Assembly (NCBI RefSeq): GCF_009914755.1
Contig: NC_060926.1
DNA length: 64,000 nt
From: the human T2T-CHM13v2.0 reference genome, Homo sapiens
Reading direction: 5' to 3' (one strand)
Translations under genes and position numbers: made by a program
The notes under the pieces: model-generated
Database searches by the model: none
What the model was told of the DNA's origin: nothing
What the model saw: only the letters and a program-made list of their open reading frames with translations
Shown: positions 11,750 to 28,361 of the stretch, in pieces
Layout of the letters: every line of letters starts with the position of its first letter
Numbering within the stretch: the stretch's first letter is position 1

Positions 11750-12059
11750 CTTTTTTTCTTCTTTTTCTTTTTTTTTTTGAGACGGAATCTCGCTCTTTCG
11801 CCCAGGCCGTACTGCAGTGGCGCGATCCTGGCTCACTGCAAGCTCCGCCTCCCGGCTTCACGCCATTCTCCTGCCTCAACTTCCCGAGTAGCTGGGAGTA
11901 TAGGCGCCCGCCACCGCGCCCGGCTAATTTTTTGTATTTTTAGTAGAGACAGAGTTTCACCGTGTTAGCCAGGGTGGTCTCGATCTCTTTACCTCGTGAT
12001 CCACCCGCCTCAGCCTCCCAAAGTGCTAGGATTACAGGCGTGAGCCACCGCGCCCGGCC
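11750..12059 (-). mobile_element. AluY, full length, CpG-rich
   Basis: Diagnostic GCAAGCTCCGCCTCC, TTCACGCCATTCTCC and CGTGTTAGCCAGG; 13-bp TSD TTTGTACCCATTC at 11737-11749 and 12060-12072. Confidence 0.95.
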
Positions 12060-12149
12060 TTTGTACCCATTCTTAACTAGCTTTTTGCCCTCACCTTTTC
12101 TTTCAGTCCTTTGATATACTTCTCTCAGTTGTCTTATTACTTGATATTT

Positions 12150-12385
12150 ATTATATATTGTGAACTTGGAATGTGCTAAATACTGTGCTATGTAAAAATT
12201 TATTTCTCAAAGCAAATTATGGGAATAGGTGCTGTTATTATCTTGATTAAAAATTTGAAGCTTAGAGATGACATAAAATTCCCAAGGCTACAGAGGTAGC
12301 AGGTGCAGAACCAGAGCTTGATGTAAGGCGGGATAATCTTCAGTTCTCTATCCGATCTCTGGCTCCACTACCCGTTTTGTAGTGA
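12150..12385 (-). mobile_element. MIR SINE (degraded)
   Basis: AATAGGTGCTGTTATTATC...GAAGCTTAGAGA...CCCAAGGCTACAGAGGTAG...GCAGAACCAG. Confidence 0.6.
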
Positions 12386-13084
12386 CGAACTTTTTAACTA
12401 CTCTAGGCTACTCCCTAGAAAACTGGACTATTGCATATTGCCAAATAAAGCTCATATAGATAAATGTATCTGTAAAATCCATGCAATTTTTTAGATCCAT
12501 TCTGCTGCTCAACAAGTTTTTGATCACATTTTGTTGATTTTTGATATTTGTCACAATGGTTGTTCTGTACAATCTCAAACCCCCAACCCTATGCTCTTTA
12601 CATTTGGTTGAAGCCTCTCAGTAGAATCTCTCTCAATTCATTACATTGAGGCTCTCTCTCTCTCTCTCTTCTCTTTCTTTTCTTTTTCTTCTCTTTTTCT
12701 TTTTTTAAAATAAACTCCTTTCTCTCAGGATGTGGTATCTTTCCAAGACTGGGACTTGGATCTTTGGTCTTGGCTCTACCACTTCCAGGACATTACTCCA
12801 TTACCTGTGCTGCCTCTCTTATTTATTCAATAAGAAATAATCCTGTCTTTCATGACACAGTAAAAATTATACTTACTCCTGTAACTACCAAGGTTTTCAT
12901 TGCATTTTAATTTCTTGCATTTGGCATTCATTTCTTTCACTCACTAAAATGCTGATCTCAAAAAAATCAGTAGATATTTTTTAAACACTGGGTGTAATCC
13001 CTTTCTATTAGTTGTTATCTTCATTAAATCACTGTGTTACTTGACACTCTCCTCCTCCTTACTGGGTAAAAGAAGGTGGTCCGA

Positions 13085-13530
13085 ACTCTGAGCAAGGCCT
13101 CTGAATTCAGAACTGGCTTTGAACTTGGGCTCTTCAACTAAACTAGCTCTGAGTTTTTAAATTAACTTCTCTGAGCCTCAGTTTCCACATCTCCAAAAAG
13201 AGAACTTTTATACATACCTTTAGGCTAACTTGGAGGGTAAAATAAAATTATTTCTGTAAAATTTTCAATGTGTGGGGGGAGGGATAGCATTGGGAGATAT
13301 ACCTAATGCTACATGACGCGTTGGTGGGTGCAGCACACCAGCATGGCACATGTATACATATGTAACTAACTAACATGTGCACATTGTGCACATGTACCCT
13401 AAACCTTAAAGTATAATAATAATAAGTAAATTAAAAATAAATAAATAAAAAAGGATAATGTTAGGATGAAAAAAAATTCTCAATGTGTTTCTGATTTATA
13501 ACAAATCTTCAATAAATGACAGTTATCTCT
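13085..13530 (+). mobile_element. MIR SINE interrupted by a short L1PA insertion
   Basis: TTAACTTCTCTGAGCCTCAGTTTCCACATCT before the L1; TCAATAAATGACAGTTAT after the second TSD. Confidence 0.75.
13274..13472 (+). mobile_element. 5'-truncated young L1 (L1PA2-like) 3' end with a probable 16-bp 3' transduction
   Basis: GGGAGGGATAGCATTGGGAGATATACCTAATGCTA...AAAGTATAATAAT, then a tail, GGATAATGTTAGGATG and A8; TSD AAAATTTTCAATGTGT (13258-13273) / AAAATTCTCAATGTGT (13473-13488). Confidence 0.9.
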
Positions 13531-14189
13531 GTTATGTCAACTACTATATATATATGATTACTAACACAATATCTAGCACATAATAATTTGTTTCTATTTA
13601 TCTCCCTCCACTAACTTCTCTTTTATTTTATGTATGTTTACATTATTGGCTTTTCATTCACCTTTTAAACAAACGTTTTCCTCTTTCTGTGGTCTTAGCT
13701 TCTTCTCATTCTCTAAGAATATGTTGCCAGTTTTAATCCTTAGACCACCTGTTTCACATCTTTATATTTGTGTTTTTGACCAACTATATCCTTTCCTGCA
13801 TCTGCTACTATCACCTTTATGCCAATGACATCTCCACGTATGTTTCCAGGGCCAAATATTTAAAATCAAAGCTTTTAAAATTACATACCTGAAAAACATG
13901 ATCATTATAAAAATTCAAACAATATAAATATATACGGAGTAAAATTTAAAAAGTCTTCTCCTCTCTAATACCTAGTTTACAGTATCTGCTATTTCTCTGG
14001 AGCAGGGGTGGAAAGCATGCGTTGTACAGCTTTTCCTATGTGTTTGTATCCAACAACAAAAACAACAGCACAGCATACAGGATTAGACTTTTTCAAATAA
14101 TCTAATCCTAAACTGTTAATCAGTATTTTCATTTTTTTTTCTGTTATAAAACTTCATTTGGTTGTCCCAATAGAAGGTTAAAGTGCGAC

Positions 14190-15330
14190 TTTACAAGAGT
14201 ACACTCATATTCCTTCCCAAACTAGCATATCCTCCTGACTTCTTCTGCCTGCCATAGATGCTGTCGATAATCCTAGTTCTTGAGGATCAATTGCTTGGTC
14301 TCGACCTCTTCTTCTCCTTCATCCCTCACCACATCCAATTGTCTACCAAAATGTATAAATTCCATCTCTGCAGTGTCTCTTTTGTCCTTTCCTTAAAATT
14401 CTCTGCCTGAGGATTTTTGGCTCACACTGATAGTGTGATTCAGACCACCAATTTATTTAAGAATTGCTTTGTAGTTCATTTTTTTTTTGGTGGGGGGGAA
14501 GATTTTTTTTCTTTCCTAGACCAGTGCCAAGTTTGAGATTCTTGTTCTTTCTTTCCTTCTGTATTTCCCCTATCATATTTTACTTTAATTCTTTGCCACG
14601 TTTTCTGCTTCTGTTACTGCAAGAGAAGCTCCTCAAGGGTAGAGACCACATTGCCCACTTTCAGTCTCCTAATACATTCTCTATCTTGGGCATGTAGTTT
14701 TCTTTTTCAATTCGAAATCAAACAATGGTGCTTCACAGCACTGACTTTTGAACTTGATTTGGCAAAGTCTGGAAACTTTCCCACCTCTAGCGTCTTAATC
14801 CTTTCTACACACCCGTGGGGGAGGGAGGATCTTCCTAAAACTCAGTGCAATCATGTCACTCTCACTCAGACTCTGTGCTGGCTCTCCACTGACTACTGAA
14901 TATGAGTACAGTTCTTCCCTCTGTATCAAGGCCCTCCCTGATAGGACTCCAAAATATATTTCTGGTTTATCTATTCCATTGTTGAAGCTCTAGAGAGCTA
15001 AACCACTGATAGTCCTCACGCTCCTTGCCGTGCAAGTGTTCTCCGTATTCATTTAATGTCTTCACTGTCTTCCTCAGACTGTGTTTACTTTCAGCACCAC
15101 GGCCTCCATCTCCATTTATTGACAGTCTAATCATTTTCAGTTTCATGTCAAATGACACTTTCCCGTAACTATCGTGGATTTCATAATATTTTCTTCTTTT
15201 CTTCAGTTAATTTGGATTTTATCTCATTGTTTACTGAACTATAAGCTCTTTTCAGGGACTCTATCTTTGTATCTCTGTACCTCTTGCAGTGTCTTGTGTA
15301 GGGCATGGATATTTGGAAAATTAAACATTA
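14190..15330 (+). mobile_element. L2 LINE fragments
   Basis: CCACATCCAATTGTCTACCAA, ATCATGTCACTCTC...GGCTCTCCACTG and CTATAAGCTC...GTATCTCTGTACCT are L2-type motifs. Confidence 0.55.
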
Positions 15331-15424
15331 GAAGTTGCTCTTGGAGGGAAACAAGTGACTTTTGGGGAAGGTTACCTGCTTTTGGAGGAAAAAAAGAGAA
15401 TAATAGCAATTGTTATAAACATTA

Positions 15425-16070
15425 ATTAATGAATTTTGTATTCATCCAATACATATTTATTGGATAGATACTCTGTGTCAGGCATTGTGTTAGGTACTAA
15501 CATGTGATGGAAATGGAGAACATTACCTTTGTCCTCAAGGAATTTAAAATGTAGCAGCAAAGCAGACAGTGAAAAAAAAAAAAGCAATTAAAATAGAGAG
15601 TCACGGGGAGGACAGGATGCAGTGGGGACATGTAGCCAGGGAGTCTGACCTGTCTGCTGGACACGGAGTGGGTGGCAATCTGAAGAACATGTAGGATCTA
15701 GTCAGGTGGCTGGGGTGGGTGTGGCAGTGTTTTCTACAGGGGAAACTGGGTGTAATAGTCTTGTGGGGAGAGTGCACATGGCACATGAGACAAGTTTGAT
15801 TTAGCTGGTGTATAGGCTAAAAAGAGTGGCAAGCGACATGCTGAAGGGGCCCAAATCACAGAAGGTTTTGTAAACCATGGTAAGGAGTTTGAACTTTTCC
15901 CCTGAAGATAATAAGAAACCATTGCAAATTTTTAAAACAGGAGTTATTTGATCAGATTTGTGTTTTGGGAGTTTCCCTTTGGTGTGGAAAATGGAGACAA
16001 TAAATTTAAGGAGATACATTAAAAGTCTGTTTTAGGAATCCAGGCAAGGTGGAGAAAATGAGAGAAAGAG
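15425..16070 (-). mobile_element. L2 LINE 3' portion
   Basis: CATATTTATTG...TCTGTGTCAGGCATTGTGTTAGGTAC...CCATGGTAAGGAGTTTGAACTTT...ATCAGATTTGTGTTTT. Confidence 0.75.
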
Positions 16071-16072
16071 AA

Positions 16073-16107
16073 TGATGGGGATGATGATGATGATGATGAT
16101 GATGATG
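16073..16107. repeat. (GAT)n microsatellite
   Basis: About 9 uninterrupted GAT units. Confidence 0.9.
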
Positions 16108-16139
16108 GATTAATCTTGGGAAAAGGCTGTGTGATTTTG

Positions 16140-16522
16140 TTTTTTAAAATTTTTTAAATTTAATTTTATTTATTTATTTATTATACTTAAAGTTTTAGGG
16201 TACATGTGCACAACGTGCAGGTTTGTTACATATGTATACATGTGCCATGTTGGTGTGCTGCACCCATTAACTCATCATTTAACATTAGGTATATCTCCTG
16301 ATGCTATCCCTCCCCCTCCCCGCTCCCCACAACAAGCCCCGGTGTGTGATGTTCCCCTTCCTGTGTCCATGTGTTCTCATTGTTCAGTTCCCACCTATGA
16401 GTGAGAACATGTGGTGTTTGGTTTTTTGTCCTTGCGATAGTTTGCTGAGAATGATGGTTTCCAGTTTCATCCATGTCCCTACAAAGGACATGAACTCATC
16501 ATTTTTTATGGCTGCATAGTAT
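16140..16522 (-). mobile_element. 5'-truncated L1PA4/5-like 3' end
   Basis: TTATACTTAAAGTTTTAGGGTACATGTGCACAACGTGCAGG...AACATTAGGTATATCTCCT...TTTTATGGCTGCATAGTAT. Confidence 0.9.
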
Positions 16523-17780
16523 AATGTTCAGGTGAAGATGGAACCTGAACTCTGGATTAGAGAGCAGGGCAGCCCATGAGAACACCCTGGAGTTAAAAGA
16601 TGAAAAATTAGGGATTCTAGCATGAGGAGCCCAAAATAAGCCCACTATGGCATTTTGGTACACAGTCTTTCAGAAGATAAAAGGGCTTTGGGATAAAGGA
16701 AAGCAATTTCTGTGACTGCATTTTACAGTAGATGCTTTCATGAAGTTCAGGGGCTGAAACTCACTATGAGAGAAGATGGACAGAGGAAGCTCTTAGGGAG
16801 GCTGTGTTTGTAGTTACAGAAGCAGAGCATTTCTTCAGAAGTAGCAGTAGACAAAGAAGAGACATCAAACATCTGGGGAACCACCTTGGGTGATCATCTA
16901 GGAGAATGGTCTTGCACACAATTTTAATGTGAAAAAAATGTTGCATATGAAACAATGTTCAGATGTGAGCCCACTTGGACCTCGAGTAAGTGAGGTCGTA
17001 AAGAAACTTCTCGTGAAGAATAATAGGTAGTTGAAGCTGAATAGTGTGAATATACATAGCTTTTATTTTTATTTTTAAAAATTTTATTCACTTATTTAAT
17101 CTTCATATATAACATATATCAGGAAAAAGCAAATTATTCTGTAAGAATTTTAGGGAAATGCAGTGCATTTACTTTTAAATTAATATGAGAAGACATGGAC
17201 ATTTCTATGTTAATTTCAGGGAACGTTTTATTTTTTAACTGTCACCTCCTCAAAATCTTCTGTCTCCCAACCACGTACTTTCCATATTTTTGACAAATGG
17301 GCCTTCTGTGCACAAGCCTCATAATCAAATTGGTTCAAGAATAAATTGCTGCAAGTGAAACTTTCTTATATTCACCCTTGTGACAGCTAATGAAGACGAA
17401 TGGGGGAAAAACAGGGACTGTGCTTTGCGGAAGGAGCTCTCATTCCCCACTGTGTTGGCTGAAGGCAAATTTGTTTCAAAGGAAAAAAAATAGAATCATC
17501 TAATTGCTTAATTCCTGCTGAAAGCCATTGGCAGCCAGCCTGCTCAAATACACAGACTTTTATTTAGAGAACAAGTGTAAAACTCTTTCATACACATCCA
17601 ACAGAAACCTTATTTTTTTCCTCATTGAACAGTTGCCATTATCAGAAAATGTTTATATTTGATTTGCAGAAAAAAAGAATATTTACCTTTTGTCGATGTT
17701 CAAATTAACTATCTGAACAAACATTTCAGATTGCTTTAATTCTGGGAAATATAATAATTAGGGAATGACTAGAAATTTAG

Positions 17781-18103
<323 letters not shown>

Positions 18104-18159
18104 GACAGATAAATTTGAGAATGTTTTTTGCCTTCAGCTAATTTAAAAATTAAGATGCC

Positions 18160-18770
18160 AGTCAAATAAGTGACACAATTGGAACCCTCATACGTTGCTG
18201 GTGAGAGTCAAATTGATACAAACAGTCTGAAAATCTGTTTGGCAATCTATTAAAGGCAAATATATACCAGCAGTGTGGTCTAGCAATTTCACTGCTGGGC
18301 ATTACCTAACATAAATGATTTGGAATGTTTATATTGGCATTAGTCAGAGTAGCCCCAGACTAGAAACAACTTAAGTATCCTTATACAGAATGGAATACCT
18401 GTATAACAATAAAAAAGAATAAAGCATTGATCCAAGCAACAACATAGAAGACTCTTAAAAACAATGTTAAGTAAAGGAAGTTAGATATGAAAGAATACAT
18501 ACTGTATCTGTATGGTTCCTTTTTTTAAAGTTCAAAGAAATACAAAATTAATCCATTAGGATAAAAGTTTGAATACTGGTTATTCTTGATGGGGATTGAC
18601 CTGGAAGGGAGGCAGGGGAAACTTCTGTGGTGCTGGAGATGTCCTAGACTCCAGTGTGATTGTAAAGGATGGTCACTATAAGAGGATTAAACATTTGTAA
18701 AAATTTATTGAGGTGTATACTTCAGATTTGTACATAATAATGTAAGTTGTACTTTGATTTTAAAAATTGA
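18160..18770 (+). mobile_element. Old L1M (L1MC/MD/ME) 3' region
   Basis: GGAACCCTCATACGTTGCTGGTGAGAGT...AAGAATACATACTGTAT...AACTTCTGTGGTGCTGGAGATGTCCTA...CATTTGTAAAAATTTATTGA. Confidence 0.7.
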
Positions 18771-18777
18771 CCATCTT

Positions 18778-19081
<304 letters not shown>

Positions 19082-19942
19082 GGCATCTCTCCGATTTCTT
19101 GAAAACCTTTTTTTAGTTACAGAGAAGGAGAAAGCAGGCAATAATCAGAGCTTGCCTCCTTGACCATGACTTTGTTGGCCTTGCATATTTCAGGTAAATC
19201 AGACTAAGTGACACACCCTCACTACACTGAGTAATTGATTTTTCAGTTAGGAGATAACAACTGTAATAACTGAATATTTATTGGATTTAAAGTAGTTATT
19301 AAAGATAAATTTGATTTACAGAGCTACAGAGGCTTTGAGAGCATTCTGTAAATAATCTTTCTGAATTTGCTGCATAGGCCTTTGACCTTTACCATTTTTA
19401 TGTCCCTTGATTTGCTCTTTTGGGACCCATGGCCTTATCTAGTCCTACTCTAGGCTTTGCTAGACATCCTTTCATAGGCTTTTTTAATGGCCAGATTTCA
19501 CCTTCCTTACAGTTTGACCCATGAACTTTGGAAGTACACAAGGAGATAAGACTGTACTTTAGAAAGCACAAGAAATTTAGAATGTCTGGAATTTTAGAAA
19601 ATGTTAGAGGAAGACCTAATTTTCACAATAGCAGTCAGTTATTTCAATGGACGATGAAGTTTGCATGAGGAACACTCTCTGTTTCCAATGTGGTTGAAGA
19701 AATTGAACTTGGTTGTAGCAAAACACACAAGAATGATGAGGAAGATTTGAGAATAGGAAATGACTTTAGAGATCATCTCACCCTTATGTTTCCAAGAGCA
19801 TGAGCAACATATAATTTAATTAAGGTTACTGTCTTTAGATCTCTTCATTTATTATGCCTGTTGATATTTAACCGATGGAAGAATAGAAGGCATATGCCCT
19901 GGCATCGCTAGAAGGACACCAATACTTTTCACCACTACTGGA

Positions 19943-20520
<578 letters not shown>

Positions 20521-21383
20521 AACATCACCATCAAACAATAATACTAATAGAATACTGCTACTAATAATAAATATCTATTTATTAGCTTATATTTATGCAG
20601 TTAATCTGGTGAAAATTTCTCCATGCGCAACTGCCAGTGTGTTTAAATGACCAGTACTTCCTATCCTTTTTTTATCCCTGAGTCTGCTAACAGTGTTTAT
20701 CCTCCATGCAGAATTGAGCCAATTTATATAATGGTTTTAGAAGTGAGGTAAATAGGATGAGATTCATTAGTGTTGGACTGATTTGTGCCTAGAAGCCCCA
20801 TGGGACATTTCTTGACAGCTAAGCCACCTAGCCCCCATGGCGCCAGTTAATAGAAAAGCTTCATCTACAGTGAATTCATTTGTTATTGCAGTGGGAACAT
20901 TCAATTTCCTCCTCTTTTTTATTTGCAGTTGCATTAGACTCCGAGTTTCCGAATATTTTTGTTCTAAAGGTATTGTTTAGATTTGAAATTAGTATTCGGA
21001 GAAGCAAAGGCTCTTCCTAATTTGGAGGCAGTGTACAGGGTAATACAGACTTTATGTCCCCATTAGAATGTGACAGTGATGCAGCAGTGGGAGCTGGTGG
21101 GGCATAAGCCCCTGTTGAGTTGAACAAAGTACCATGTACCTGAACTTTTGTATATTAAATAGATGGAAGCATCTATCTGTATTAAATTGAGCATTATAAT
21201 CATCACCAATTGTTCAGTGATATTGGATGAATGAACAAAAGAACCAGCTATAATCAATGCCTGAACCTAGCTCTGTGGTTGCAGCTACATGACACCAACC
21301 TAAGTAATATATTTAACAAACATATTAAAAATATATATATATTCATCTCAGATTGTTCCTTGTAGACCAAAATACCTATTTGA

Positions 21384-21696
<313 letters not shown>

Positions 21697-22135
21697 TTTT
21701 ATATCTTAAATAGTAATGTTGTTATGGAAAAACAATTTAAATATGATTTCCAGCTAAAGTTATAGGTTCAATTTTACAGTTCTAATGTAGAGATAATTCT
21801 GTTTTTGGAGAATCATTCTTTGAAATTGAAGAATGGGTTCTTCAATTAGGAAAAATATGAATTACATGGAATAGTTAAAGGAATATTCCTAGTGACTTTC
21901 ACTTATTTTACTTTCATTTATTTTGTGCCAACAAAAGACATAAGGCTCTGTGGACATGAAACACCTCTGATCATGGATATTAAGATTCTTCAATCTGTGA
22001 CCTGTTACCTATTCTGTAGCCACTGTTTCCACTAAGACATACTGTATTGTTTGAGTCACTAAGGCATCCATTGACTCAACTGTACTTGTTTTGATACTAT
22101 ACGGATTTTTTAAAAACATCAGAGCTGGAGTGGAG

Positions 22136-22146
22136 AAAGATGGCCG
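22136..22146 (+). promoter_or_regulatory. YY1 site of the L1 5'UTR internal promoter
   Basis: AAGATGGCCG core ~10 bp into the element, the canonical L1 YY1 position. Confidence 0.65.
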
Positions 22147-23463
22147 AGTAGGAAGAGCTCCAGTCTGCAGCTCCCAGCAAGATCAATGCAGAAGGTGGGT
22201 GATTTCTGCATTTCTAATAGGGATACCCAGCTCATCTCATTGGGACTGGTTAGACAGTGGGTGCGGCCCACAGAGGGGTAGCCAAAGCAGGGTGGGACAT
22301 TGCCCCACCCAGGAAGCGCAAGAGGTTGGGGAACTCCTTCCCCTAGCCAAAGGAAGCAGTGAAGGACTGTGCCATAAGGAATGGTGCATTCCAGCCCAGA
22401 TACTATGCTTTTCTCATGGTCTTTGCAACCCACAGACCAGGAGATTCCCTCGGGTGCCTGTATCACCAGGGCCCTGGATTTCAAGCACAAAGCTGGGCAG
22501 CCATTTGGGCAGACACCAAACTAGCTGAAGAGTTTTTTTCATACCCCAGTGGCGCCTGGAACACCAGTGAGGCAGAACTGTTTACTCCTCTGGAAAGGGG
22601 GCTGAAGTCGGGGAGCCAGGTGGTCTAACTCAGCGGATCCCACCCTCACAAAGCTAAGCAAGCTAAGATCCACTGGCTTGACATTATCACTGCCAGCACA
22701 GCAGTCTGAAGTTGACCTGGGATGCTTGAGCTTGGTGCGGGGAGGGGCGTCCACCATTACGGAGGCTTGAGTAGGTGGTTTTCCCCTCACAGTGTAAACA
22801 AAGCCATTGGAAAGTTCAAACTGAGCGGGGCCCACTGCAGCTCTGCAAAGCTGCTGTAGCCAGACTGCATCTCTAGATTCCTCCTCTCTGGGCAGGGCAT
22901 CTCTGAATGAAAGCCAGCAGCCCCAGTCAAGGGATTATAGATAAAACTCCGATCTCTCTGGGACAGAGCACCTTGGGGAAGGGGTGGCTATGGGCACAGC
23001 TTCAGCAGACTTAAATGTTCCTGCCTGCTGGCTCTGAAGAGAGCAGCGGATCTCCCAGCACAGCACTTGAGCTCTGCTAAGGTACAGACTGCCTCCTCAA
23101 GTGGGTCCGTGACCCCTGTGCCTCCTGACTGGAAGACAATTCCCAGTAGGGGTTGACAGGCATCTCATATAGGAGAGCTCCACTGGCATTTGGCGGGTGC
23201 CCCTCTGGGACGAAGCTTCCAGAGGAAGGAACAAGCAGAAATCTTTGCTGTTCTGCAGCCTCTGCTGGTAATACCTAGGCAAACAGGGTCTGGAGTGGAC
23301 CTCCAGCAAAGTCCAGCAGACCCGCAGCAGAGCGGCTGACTGTTAGAAGGAAAACTAACAAACAGAAAGGAATAGAATCAACATCAACAAAAAGGACGTC
23401 CACACAAAAACCCCATCCGAAGGTCACCAACATCAAAGACCAAAGGTAGATAAATCCATGATC

Positions 23464-24482
23464 ATGAGGATAAACCAGTGCAAAAAGGGTGAAAATCCTA
23501 AAAACCAGAATGCCTTTTCTCCTCCAAAGGATCACAACTCCTCACCAGCAAGGAAACAGAATTGGATAGAGAATGAGTTTGATGAGTTGACAGAAGTAGG
23601 CTTCAGATGCTGGGTAATAACAACTCCTCCGAGCTAAAGGAGCATGTTCTAACCCAATGCAAGGAAGCTAAGAACCTTCAGAAAAGGCTAGAGGAACTGC
23701 TAACTAGAATAACCAGTTTAGAGAAGAACGTAAGTGACCTGATGGAGCTGAAAAACACAACATGAGAACTTCATGAAGCGTACACAAGTATCAATAGCTG
23801 AATCGATCAAACAGAAGAAAGGATATCAGAGATTGAAGACCAACTTAATGAAATAAAGCATGAAGACAGATTAGAGAAAAAAGAATGAAAAGAAATGAAC
23901 AAAGCCTCCAAAAAATATGGGATTATGTGAAAAGACCAAGCTTACATTTGATTGGTGTACCTGAAAGTGATGGGGAGAATGGAACCAAGTTGGAAAACAC
24001 TCTTCAGGATATTATCCAGGAGAACTTCCCCAATCTAGCAAGACAGGCCAACATTCAAATTCAGGAAAAACAGAGGACAACACAAATACTCCTCTAGAAG
24101 AGCAACCCCAAGACACATAATTGTCAGATTCACCAAGGTTGAAATGAAGGAAAAAATGTTAAGGGCAGCCAGAGAGAAGGGTTGGGTTACCCACAAAGGG
24201 AAGCCCATCAGACTAACAGCGAATCTCTCTGCAGAAACCCTACAAGCCAGAAGAGAGTTGGGGGCCAATATTCAACGTTCTTAAAAGAATTTTCAACCCA
24301 GAATTTCATATCCAGTCAAAGTAAGCTTCATAAGCGAAGGAGAATTAAAATCCTTTATAGACAAGCAAGTGCTGAGAGATTTTGTTACCACCAGGCCTGC
24401 CTTACAAGAGCTCCTGAAGGAAGCAGTAAATATGGAAAGGAAAAACCAATACCAGTCACAGCAAAAACATACCAAAATGTAA
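23464..24482 (+). pseudogene. L1 ORF1p remnant
   Basis: MRINQCKKGENPKNQNAFSPPKDHNSSPAR...; ORF track MKRNEQSLQKIWDYVKRPSLHLIGVPESDGENGTKLENTLQDIIQENFPNLARQANIQIQE; frameshifted. Confidence 0.9.
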
Positions 24483-24545
24483 AGACCATAGACACTATGA
24501 AGAAACTGCATCAACTAATGGGCAAAATAACCTTCGAGCATCATA

Positions 24546-28361
<3,816 letters not shown>

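Noticed and set aside
15230-15500. Tail-to-tail L2 pair as a miR-28/151-type hairpin source
   Set aside because: No convincing complementarity between the two ends by eye.
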